A stretch of DNA of 64,000 nt. It comes from Bacilli bacterium. Lineage in GTDB: Bacteria > Bacillota_I > Bacilli_A > RF39 > UBA660. Position numbers and translations under genes: made by a program. The stretch spans positions 1,297-65,296 of the forward strand of contig JAQVKM010000003.1 in assembly GCA_028694645.1 (NCBI GenBank), read 5' to 3'. The notes under the pieces were generated by a model, which made no database searches, was not told the DNA's origin, and saw nothing but the letters and a program-made list of their open reading frames with translations. This document shows positions 57,601-64,000 of this stretch, piece after piece; position 1 is the stretch's first letter, and each line of letters begins with the position of its first letter.

Positions 57601-59095
57601 TCGGTTGATTTTTTAACATATCATCTGTTATATTTGTTACTTCTGTTATTTTAGCGGGTAAAGGTCTTTCTGGATCAATAAGCTGATCAAAACGATCTAT
57701 TATTTCACCATTACAAATTTTAACAGCCCCAATTTCAATTATTGAATCTCCACCACCTGCATTGAAACCAGTTGTTTCTAAGTCAAATACTACATATGTG
57801 TTTTCTAAAAGTTTTGAGTCATTTGGCCTTACAACTATTTTTATATCATCATCAATTAGTGTTAATTCTGCACCATATATAGCTTTGAATTTGTTTTCAT
57901 CATTTTCTTGTTTTTTATTATATTTTGTTACAGATTCAAAAGCAATAGGAAATGCTTGACATCCATTATGATCGGTTATGGCTACTGCTTTATAGCCCAT
58001 TTTAATTGTTTTATCAACAAGTTCTATTGTGTGTTTATTTAAATCTAATTTAGTTATACCATCCATTTGACTCATCATTGTATGTGCATGTAATTCTACT
58101 CTTTTAATTGGAGCATCATCTATTATTTCTTCAACTTCTTTTTTTATTATTGTTATATCATTAATTGTTAAAGATAAATCTTGATTATATTGATCCTTAT
58201 CTTTTATTTTAGCTTTCATTTTATACCAATTATTTATTTTTAATTTATTATCTATTATCTTAAATTCTTCTTCATTTCTAATAAATATGGTTCCATATAT
58301 ACTATCTGTAAAATCAGTTAGTTTTAAAGACACTATTTTTAATCCTGATTTAGTATCTCTAACTTCTTTTCCAAAAATATAAGCTTCTATTACAACACTT
58401 CCTTTTGGTAAAGATATTGTATCTATTCTTTCTGGTTTTTCTTCTATTTTAGAACCCATAACTATATTTTCATCGCTTGTATCTTGAATTAAAGGTTTTG
58501 GAGTATATTCTCCTTTATATTTAAATTTTGGTTTTTCTTCTTTTATTTCTTCTACTATTTTCTTTTCTTTAATAACCACTTTTAATTCATTATTTATTTC
58601 TTCTATTATTTCTCTTGATTTTATATTATTTACATTTGTTTTAATATTAATATTAAAGCCCATATTGGAAAAGTCTTTTTTTAAATTGTCAACTATACTT
58701 TTAAATTTTATATCTTCTGCTTTATTATTTACTTCAATTATTAAATCTTGTTCACTAAGTTCTAATTTTAAATTTTGAAACATTTCTAATAAAGGAGATT
58801 GCTTAGCATATTCTTTTATTAAATATCTATAGTATTCACTAATTTTAGAAGCATTTATATTATTACATTTTATTATCAAATCAATATTATTTATTGTTTT
58901 AAATTCTTGTTTTAATAATTCTTTTATCTTCAAATATATTTCTAGAGGTAATATATGTTCAACTTCAATTAAAAAACTGTAATTAGTTTTTTCTTTATTA
59001 CCTACTATCTTAATTAATTTTGCATCATTGAAATAAACAAAATTTTCTTGTTCTAAATTAATTTTTTTTAATAATTTTTCTATATTTGCTTCCAT
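54671..59095 (-). CDS. polC: DNA polymerase III PolC-type (Gram-positive alpha subunit)
   Basis: A 1474-aa protein. It has an OB domain, a DEDD 3'-5' exonuclease domain (VVFDLETTG...HNAKFDVSFL), a Zn-finger (CPNCKHS...CPKCN), a PHP domain split around the exonuclease, and the Pol IIIalpha palm/fingers. Confidence 0.95.
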   Translation of the reverse strand: MEANIEKLLKKINLEQENFVYFNDAKLIKIVGNKEKTNYSFLIEVEHILPLEIYLKIKELLKQEFKTINNIDLIIKCNNINASKISEYYRYLIKEYAKQSPLLEMFQNLKLELSEQDLIIEVNNKAEDIKFKSIVDNLKKDFSNMGFNINIKTNVNNIKSREIIEEINNELKVVIKEKKIVEEIKEEKPKFKYKGEYTPKPLIQDTSDENIVMGSKIEEKPERIDTISLPKGSVVIEAYIFGKEVRDTKSGLKIVSLKLTDFTDSIYGTIFIRNEEEFKIIDNKLKINNWYKMKAKIKDKDQYNQDLSLTINDITIIKKEVEEIIDDAPIKRVELHAHTMMSQMDGITKLDLNKHTIELVDKTIKMGYKAVAITDHNGCQAFPIAFESVTKYNKKQENDENKFKAIYGAELTLIDDDIKIVVRPNDSKLLENTYVVFDLETTGFNAGGGDSIIEIGAVKICNGEIIDRFDQLIDPERPLPAKITEVTNITDDMLKNQPKEKEAVIDFIKWSGSLPMVAHNAKFDVSFLEMAYKKYDLGEFTNTVIDTLELSRTLDNGYARHSLSALVKRYGVAFDEDAHHRADYDSEGTALVFHKMLKKLDSNNFELISDLDKLVSKDEIHKYGRAYHFNLLALNKVGLKNLFKIISLANTKYLYKTPRILRSEVEKLREGLFIGSGCYESEVFTEARSKSEEELVNIINFYDYVEVQPLDVYDHLLQMGDFGNVEELKEHIKKIIRTTKESGKIIVATGDVHHFTKEDKIYREIIVNQKVPGGGRHPLAKTAITKIPSQHFRTTREMLNDFEFIGEKLAYEIVVENTNKIADMVNVLEVIIDTGGSPFSPIIENSAQITEDMVRNKAKNWYGDPLPKLIQDRVDHELKGIIGAKYDVIYLIAQKLVKKSNDDGYLVGSRGSVGSSFVATMMGITEVNPLPAHYRCPNCKHSIFDDEKGNPLGAEYSSGVDLPDMNCPKCNTKMIKDGQDMPFATFLGFNADKVPDIDLNFSDLNQAETHEYTKVLFGEDNVYRAGTIGTVAEKTAFGFVKGYCEDKNLVMRTAEIERLSMGCTGVKRTTGQHPGGIVVIPGYMDVFDFTPFQYPAEDVNAAWRTTHFDYHAIQDDVLKLDILGHTDPTQLRMIQDITKIDVTTVPLDDKETMGIFLSPKPLGVSKEQIMCETGTLGVPEFGTPFTIGMLVDTKPKSFSELIKISGLSHGTDVWLGNAQELIKNNIVPFKEVIGCRDDIMVYLMYNGLEPITAFKIMEFVRKGQASKNPTLWTEYSDIMQKAGIEKWFIDSCQKIKYMFPKAHAAAYVMSAFRIAYFKVHYPAVYYATYFSTRFNDFDIDCMIKGYDAIKNRMIEINNKGYDVTNKEASILETLKLSLEATARGFKFGNIDILKSDAKNFIIADDNITLIPPFRSIDGLGESVAQNIVEERQKRPFLSIEDFAKRAKVSQTLIEKLRMMNVFEGMDESSQLSLF

Positions 59096-59121
59096 ACTAC
59101 CACCTTATATTATTTTATCAA

Positions 59122-59150
59122 AAAAAAGACTTTTTATAAAGTCTTTTATT
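59122..59150 (-). terminator. Terminator hairpin downstream of rubrerythrin
   Basis: aaagacttt-ttata-aagtcttt followed by T-run on minus strand. Confidence 0.5.
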
Positions 59151-59154
59151 AAAA

Positions 59155-59712
59155 TTAATAATTAATAATTCTTTCTTCAAAGTAAGCTTTTGGATGCTCA
59201 CAAACTGGGCAAAGTTCTGGAGCTTTTTCTCCAAAATGAATATGTCCACAATTACGGCAAATCCACATTTTAGGAGTTTCACTAACAAAAACTTTTCCAG
59301 ATTCTATATTTTCTAAAAGTTTAAGATATCTTTCTTCATGAGTTTTTTCTATTTTAGCTACTGCTTCAAATAAAAATGCAATATGATTGAATCCTTCTTC
59401 TTTAGCTTGTGAAGCAAAAGTTGCATACATATCAGTCCATTCATAATTCTCTCCATTTGCTGCATCTTTTAAATTTGTCATTGTATCTGGAATATTTCCT
59501 TCATGTAATAATTTAAACCATATTTTAGCATGTTCTTTTTCATTATTAGCTGTTTCCTCAAATAAAGATGCTATTTGTTCATAACCTTCCTTTTTTGCTT
59601 TACTTGCATAGTAAGTATATTTATTTCTAGCTTGACTTTCTCCTGCAAAAGCTGCCATTAAATTTTGTTCTGTTTTTGATCCTTTAAATTCCATAATCAT
59701 ATCTCCTTTCAC
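59155..59712 (-). CDS. rbr: Rubrerythrin
   Basis: A ferritin-like di-iron four-helix domain with two ExxH motifs (EKEH, EKTH), plus a C-terminal rubredoxin-like CxxC...CxxC (CRNCGH...CPVCEHP). Confidence 0.9.
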   Translation of the reverse strand: MKGDMIMEFKGSKTEQNLMAAFAGESQARNKYTYYASKAKKEGYEQIASLFEETANNEKEHAKIWFKLLHEGNIPDTMTNLKDAANGENYEWTDMYATFASQAKEEGFNHIAFLFEAVAKIEKTHEERYLKLLENIESGKVFVSETPKMWICRNCGHIHFGEKAPELCPVCEHPKAYFEERIINY

Positions 59713-59778
59713 AAATATTATTACATAATTATTATATCATTTTTTTTAATTAAAGCAAATATCAAACAAAAAGAAATT

Positions 59779-60225
59779 TTATTTTCTTTTTGTTTTTCTT
59801 TTTTTCAATATTTTTTTTATATCTTTGATTAATGTTAAGCGATATATTAAAAGTGAAAAAAGTAATATATTAAAATAAATTAAATTATTTCCTAAAAAAA
59901 CCATTTTTGTTGTTTGATCTTCATTTATTAATTTAGATAACCCTGTTGTAACAATATTATTATCTAAAAATGTTCTTGTAAGCACAATTAACATAAATAC
60001 ATTGACTGTTATAAATAAATAATTATATTGCATATCATAATTTACTGTATCTTGTTTTTTTATAAAATCAATTATTGATATTATTACTAATATTAATAAT
60101 AATGAATAAGTTATTAAAGTATGTGTTGTCATTAATGAATTAATCCCTATAGTGTAAGCTATTAACATTAACAAAGTAACTATTGTAAATAAAGAACTTT
60201 TTATTATAAATAATTTTTTATTCAC
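59779..60225 (-). CDS. Hypothetical 4-TM membrane protein with a basic C-terminus
   Basis: A 148-aa protein with hydrophobic segments. No motif recognised. Confidence 0.3.
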   Translation of the reverse strand: MNKKLFIIKSSLFTIVTLLMLIAYTIGINSLMTTHTLITYSLLLILVIISIIDFIKKQDTVNYDMQYNYLFITVNVFMLIVLTRTFLDNNIVTTGLSKLINEDQTTKMVFLGNNLIYFNILLFSLLIYRLTLIKDIKKILKKRKTKRK

Positions 60226-60865
60226 TTAAATCACCACTTTCTGTTGCAATAACTAAATCACTAACATATTTAATTGTATTTAATTTTTCAACATATAACT
60301 CCATTATCATGTTTGAATTTAAATTAACTGTTTCATTAAAATGATTAGCATTAATATATTTGTAATTATCATATAATTCTTGATATATATTATTACTTGA
60401 TAATAGCATGAAGTAAATATGTTCTACAAATTCTTTTGTTGTTGAATTTAAATTTTCATTTGTTTTAGCTAATTCTTTGTAAGTTTGAACTAAATTTAAT
60501 ACGCTTATATCATTATATCCTGATAATATTTCAAATAAATCTTTTTGTTTTAATTTATTATGTTTATTAGTGTAACTTATAAATTCTAACTTAGAAGCAT
60601 TTTCTAATACTGTTTGTAGTGATTCTTTATATGACTTTAATGTTTCATCTGATAAAGAACTGCTTTTCATTGTTTCAATTGTTTTTAAATCATCTTTAAT
60701 TGTTTCTAATGATGTTCTAATACTTTCAATTTCGATTCCTGATTCAAAATTATATGCATAAATTTTATTAACATATATAATACTTTCAATATTACTAATT
60801 ATTCCATAACTTGTAACAGCTATAATAATTAAAGCTATAATTTTTTTTAAATTTTCTTTTTTCAT
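60218..60865 (-). CDS. Hypothetical secreted/anchored protein
   Basis: The probable start is the internal MKKENLKKIIALIIIAVTSYG (a signal or anchor). The track ORF extends to 60961 by overlapping the upstream gene. Helical, no family assigned. Confidence 0.3.
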   Translation of the reverse strand: MKKENLKKIIALIIIAVTSYGIISNIESIIYVNKIYAYNFESGIEIESIRTSLETIKDDLKTIETMKSSSLSDETLKSYKESLQTVLENASKLEFISYTNKHNKLKQKDLFEILSGYNDISVLNLVQTYKELAKTNENLNSTTKEFVEHIYFMLLSSNNIYQELYDNYKYINANHFNETVNLNSNMIMELYVEKLNTIKYVSDLVIATESGDLSE

Positions 60866-60930
60866 TTTATCACTCCTATCATAAAAGATTATAACATCAT
60901 CCTTATTTTTTTTCAATATGTCATATATAT

Positions 60931-62544
60931 TTATTTCAAAGTAACAGTTGATGTTCCACAATTATATATTATATTACTCATAGATTGTGTACCAATATTC
61001 CAATTATTTCCAACATAAATAGTAGTTAATAATGGATTATAATTAAACATACGATACATTGAAGCGGAAGATGTGTCAAAACTACTTATATCAACTGTTG
61101 TTAATAAATCATTTCCTTCTATTAATTGATTCATTTTTGTAACTTTTGAAGTGTTAAAGTTACTTAAATTTATATTTGTTAATCTTGTATATGATATAAA
61201 GCTATCTAAATCTGTTACATTAGATGTGTCAAAACTACTTATATTAAGCGTTTCTAAAGCATACATATTCCAAAACATTGCATCCATAGATGTTACGTTT
61301 GATGTATTAAAACTACTCAAATCCAAATTTTTAATTTCATATAAATTAGAAAACATACTATCCATAGTTGTTACTTTTGATGTATTAAAATTATTTAAAT
61401 TTAATGATAATAAAGATGTCATACTTTTAAACATACAAAGCATATTTGTTACATTAGATGTATCAAATCTACTAACATCTAAATTTGGCAAATTAGTTAC
61501 ACCATTAAACATCCATGACATATTTAAAACGTTGGATGTATTAAAACTACTTATGTTAAGACTAGTTAATAAATTCATTCCCCAAAACATACCTTCCATA
61601 TTTGTTACATTAGATGTATCAAAATTACTTAAATCTAAATTAACAATCGCATCTAAATTACAAAACATATATTTCATATTTGTTACTTTAGAAGTGTCAA
61701 AATTGCTTATATTTAAATTAGAAACAGCTTTATTATAATAAAACATATATGACATATCAGTTACTTTTGATGTGTCAAAATTACTTAAATCAAGACTTAA
61801 TAAATATTGTAAATTATAAAACATATTTGACATATTTGTTACTTCTGATGTATCAAAGTTATTAAAATTAATTTTTTTTACATTTTCAAATGTCCCAAAC
61901 CAATAAGTTGAATTTGGATTAGCATATATTTTCGATTTGCTTCCAATATATAATTTATAATAACCTGCATTAGAAGGATCATCAATAATCCATGCAATAA
62001 TAGAATTATTTTGGTTTTCAGAAACATCCCATTGTGCTATTGCTCCAGTTGATGTAGTATTAGTAACAAAATTAATTTCTGTTATTTTTTTATCATAAGT
62101 CCCATTCCAAAAATAACTTCCATATGTGAATTTTTCAATATAATTTCCATTAGCTACATTATCACAATTAAAAGATATAACTTTAGCTGTATTATCATAA
62201 TAATCAACTTCAAAATTATTTATACATAAATTAGCATAAGTGACATGTGATCCCTCTTCAATAGTTATTGTTCCTTTAGTTGGCCCTTCTCCATTGATTT
62301 TAATTATATCTTTAACATCATTTATGGAATAAATACCAATATAATCAGCATTATTTACTGAATCAACCAATAAAAAACTTTCTAATGATTTAACATAATT
62401 AAATCCACTTGTTTCAGCAGCGCTAATTCTAGAATTTTTAATAACTCCCATAATAATTGGTGTTGTTATTAAAGCTATAATTGATAAAACTATTATTAGT
62501 GTTAATAATTCAACAAGTGTAAAACCTTTATTCCTTTTTAACAT
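60931..62544 (-). CDS. Prepilin-type N-terminal signal protein fused to about 11 DUF285 (WDTSNVTxMxxMF) repeats
   Basis: The N-terminus MLKRNKGFTLVELLTLIIVLSIIALITTP is a class III (type IV pilin) signal. The C-terminal 300 aa consist of 26-aa repeats, for example NLDLSNFDTSNVTNMEGMFWGMNLLTSL, matching the PF03382/DUF285 pattern. The repeats are visible as a 78-nt DNA periodicity across 61150-61870. Confidence 0.6.
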   Translation of the reverse strand: MLKRNKGFTLVELLTLIIVLSIIALITTPIIMGVIKNSRISAAETSGFNYVKSLESFLLVDSVNNADYIGIYSINDVKDIIKINGEGPTKGTITIEEGSHVTYANLCINNFEVDYYDNTAKVISFNCDNVANGNYIEKFTYGSYFWNGTYDKKITEINFVTNTTSTGAIAQWDVSENQNNSIIAWIIDDPSNAGYYKLYIGSKSKIYANPNSTYWFGTFENVKKINFNNFDTSEVTNMSNMFYNLQYLLSLDLSNFDTSKVTDMSYMFYYNKAVSNLNISNFDTSKVTNMKYMFCNLDAIVNLDLSNFDTSNVTNMEGMFWGMNLLTSLNISSFNTSNVLNMSWMFNGVTNLPNLDVSRFDTSNVTNMLCMFKSMTSLLSLNLNNFNTSKVTTMDSMFSNLYEIKNLDLSSFNTSNVTSMDAMFWNMYALETLNISSFDTSNVTDLDSFISYTRLTNINLSNFNTSKVTKMNQLIEGNDLLTTVDISSFDTSSASMYRMFNYNPLLTTIYVGNNWNIGTQSMSNIIYNCGTSTVTLK

Positions 62545-62610
62545 ATTATTACTCCCATCACTTAGTATTATTCAAGTATATAGTAACACTGATTTCAATA
62601 TTTATCAAAT

Positions 62611-62640
62611 TATACAAAAAAAAGAAATTAATAATTTCTT
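62611..62640 (-). terminator. Terminator hairpin (aaaagaaattaataatttctttt)
   Basis: A palindrome with A/T runs, overlapping the stop of the 73-aa ORF. Confidence 0.45.
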
Positions 62641-62862
62641 TTATATTGTTTTTTGATTTGATTCTAACTTAACATTATCTAAATTTTGTTTTGTATCATT
62701 TATTGAATAATCTAAAAATATTTTAACTTTATTTAAATCTTCCATATTTTTACAATTACTTTTTAATTGTTTTATTTTATTTAGTTTAACTTGTAAATCA
62801 TCGATTACACTATCTAAAGCGTATGATGCCATAGTTATTTTTTCTTGTTCTGTTAATTCCAT
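62641..62862 (-). CDS. Hypothetical small helical protein (73 aa)
   Basis: A coiled-coil-like protein with no motif. It has an RBS-like GGAG upstream. Confidence 0.25.
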   Translation of the reverse strand: MELTEQEKITMASYALDSVIDDLQVKLNKIKQLKSNCKNMEDLNKVKIFLDYSINDTKQNLDNVKLESNQKTI

Positions 62863-62874
62863 ATTTTTTTCTCC

Positions 62875-63516
62875 TTAATTCATTTGTGCTATTTCTAATT
62901 TATCATTATTATGAACTAATATTAGTTTTAAAGTTTCTGGATACTCTAAATTTTTTTCATATGTTATTTCAAGTTCAATGATATATGCATTTTCATCTTC
63001 AAAATTTTCTGTTGCAAATTCAGTATTTTCAATTGATGAAATTTCAATATTAGAAATATTAGGTAGTTCTTGTTTTCTTTCTTCATATATATTACTTTCA
63101 ACTGTAGCATATATTGTTTCTTTAGCTTTCTTCACAAAATCACTTTGATATGTTTCAAAAACAAATTGTTTACCACCTACATCATTTTTACTTAATGAAT
63201 ATTGTAAAGAATAAAAATCAGCAGTAAATAATTTAGCTAATAAATCAGCATATTTATCTTCATTTATTTCTTCTTTATTTAATTCAATTTTTAATTCTTC
63301 AAATAATGATTCAAAATATTTAGAATCATTTTCTGTTAAAACATAATCATAATTATCTATTGTATCTATAATTTCAACTTCTTTTTGTTCTTGATTTTTT
63401 AATTTTTTAACTATATCAAAAATACAAAAAGCTAGTATTATTAAAGCAACTAAGATAACTAATGTTAAAATAGCATTAATTTTAATTTTTCTTTTATTCA
63501 TTATTTTCAACTCCAT
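62875..63516 (-). CDS. Hypothetical membrane-anchored protein (213 aa)
   Basis: An N-terminal TM anchor and a Glu-rich extracytoplasmic domain. No family assigned. Confidence 0.3.
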   Translation of the reverse strand: MELKIMNKRKIKINAILTLVILVALIILAFCIFDIVKKLKNQEQKEVEIIDTIDNYDYVLTENDSKYFESLFEELKIELNKEEINEDKYADLLAKLFTADFYSLQYSLSKNDVGGKQFVFETYQSDFVKKAKETIYATVESNIYEERKQELPNISNIEISSIENTEFATENFEDENAYIIELEITYEKNLEYPETLKLILVHNNDKLEIAQMN

Positions 63517-64000
63517 CAGTTATAGATTTTGTTTCATTAACCTTTTTTATCAAATCATAAACTATTATTGAATCTGATATATCAATATATTTATTAGCTA
63601 TTTGATTATAATAATTAATATAATCAACACTAACAGTTTCGTTAGAATTAAGTAATTTACCTTCTTCTTTACTTTGACTATAATACATTTTGTTTGTTAG
63701 CCAATTCCCATCTGGAAAAACAACCACATTTTCATCAACACTAAATATATCATTACCTAAAGCATATTTGTTTGTAAAACCTAACATATTTCCTAAAGTT
63801 GGTTCGACATCATACATTCCCATAACTTCTGTTATTTCTTTATTCAATATTTTGTTTCCACTACTATTTTTTGTCCATATAATAAATGGAACTTCTCTAT
63901 TTAATTCATATGCATAATAATCAACATCAACATAATTTGGATCATCTTCACTTATAATTGAATTTGTTGTTGGATCATAATTATAATACCATGTGTACTC
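63494..64000 (-). CDS. LtaS-family (lipoteichoic acid synthase / sulfatase-like) protein, C-terminal fragment continuing beyond window end
   Basis: The reading frame is open from the window edge (…EYTWYYNYDPTT…VPFIIWTKNSSGNKI…). The M that begins the track ORF is actually an internal TTG codon. VPFIIW, DVEPTLGNMLGF, KYALGNDIFS and ISDSIIVYDLIKK align with the S. aureus LtaS C-terminus. Confidence 0.65.
   Translation of the reverse strand, partial: EYTWYYNYDPTTNSIISEDDPNYVDVDYYAYELNREVPFIIWTKNSSGNKILNKEITEVMGMYDVEPTLGNMLGFTNKYALGNDIFSVDENVVVFPDGNWLTNKMYYSQSKEEGKLLNSNETVSVDYINYYNQIANKYIDISDSIIVYDLIKKVNETKSITDGVENNE

Noticed and set aside
61150-61870. A roughly 78-nt periodic repeat array that could be mistaken for a CRISPR or minisatellite.
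   Set aside because: The repeats are imperfect, contiguous and in-frame. They encode the DUF285 units of the pilin-fusion protein. There are no spacers and no cas genes.
63494-63847. The track ORF starting with M at 63847, taken as a complete 117-aa gene.
   Set aside because: The start is TTG in an open frame that continues without a stop to the window edge. It is the C-terminus of a larger LtaS-family gene, not a standalone small protein.
1-64000. A search for tRNA, rRNA, tmRNA, CRISPR, integrase/transposase, restriction-modification or toxin-antitoxin pairs.
   Set aside because: By eye there are no GC-rich cloverleaf-sized islands, no spaced direct repeats, and no recognisable integrase, transposase, nuclease or methylase motifs in any ORF. 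None were called.

Overview
This 64-kb window comes from a very AT-rich chromosome (about a quarter GC by eye). Long intact ORFs such as the 1474-aa PolC show no in-frame TGA, so the standard bacterial code applies. The gene content points to a low-GC Firmicute, probably Erysipelotrichia-like or Bacilli-like: PolC-type Pol III, RNA polymerase delta subunit (rpoE), a T-box leader, and sporulation genes (spoVG, yabP, yabG, veg, a YjcZ-like micro-ORF, gerQ-like).

I call about 60 protein genes, mostly on the minus strand. I found no rRNA, tRNA, CRISPR array, IS element or prophage.

Housekeeping genes: serS with a T-box leader, a CDF transporter, polA, uvsE, mutS, a SEDS (FtsW/RodA) protein, def, PAP2 phosphatase, an SPFH/NfeD pair, DacA, PBP1A, argS with a DUF1934 partner, rpoE, an RluA-family pseudouridine synthase, polC and rubrerythrin.

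Accessory or unusual content:
1. A CpsB-type phosphatase and a fused Wzz/BY-kinase sit next to a degenerate HD-GYP-like protein.
2. There are two MacB/FtsX-type ABC systems. One has two NBD genes flanking a fused double-FtsX permease. The other is a tandem pair of NBD-FtsX fusions.
3. A roughly 10-kb lipid/acyl island holds two adenylate-forming enzymes, a PlsC-like acyltransferase, a zinc-PLC-like protein and a polytopic membrane protein. It is bracketed by two paralogous hybrid sensor-kinase/receiver genes. Both kinases lack the H-box histidine, and their 3' ends are about 97% identical over roughly 300 bp.
4. Two VanY-type M15 peptidases lie in tandem.
5. A compact sporulation/septation block contains gerQ-like, lemA, divIC, yabQ, yabP, spoVG, veg and yabG.
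6. At the 3' end, a surface locus carries a prepilin-signal protein fused to about 11 DUF285 repeats, beside an LtaS-family gene that runs off the window.
7. A second orphan pilin-like 340-aa protein sits next to polA.

All calls rest on reading the supplied translations and the DNA by eye. I ran no database search.
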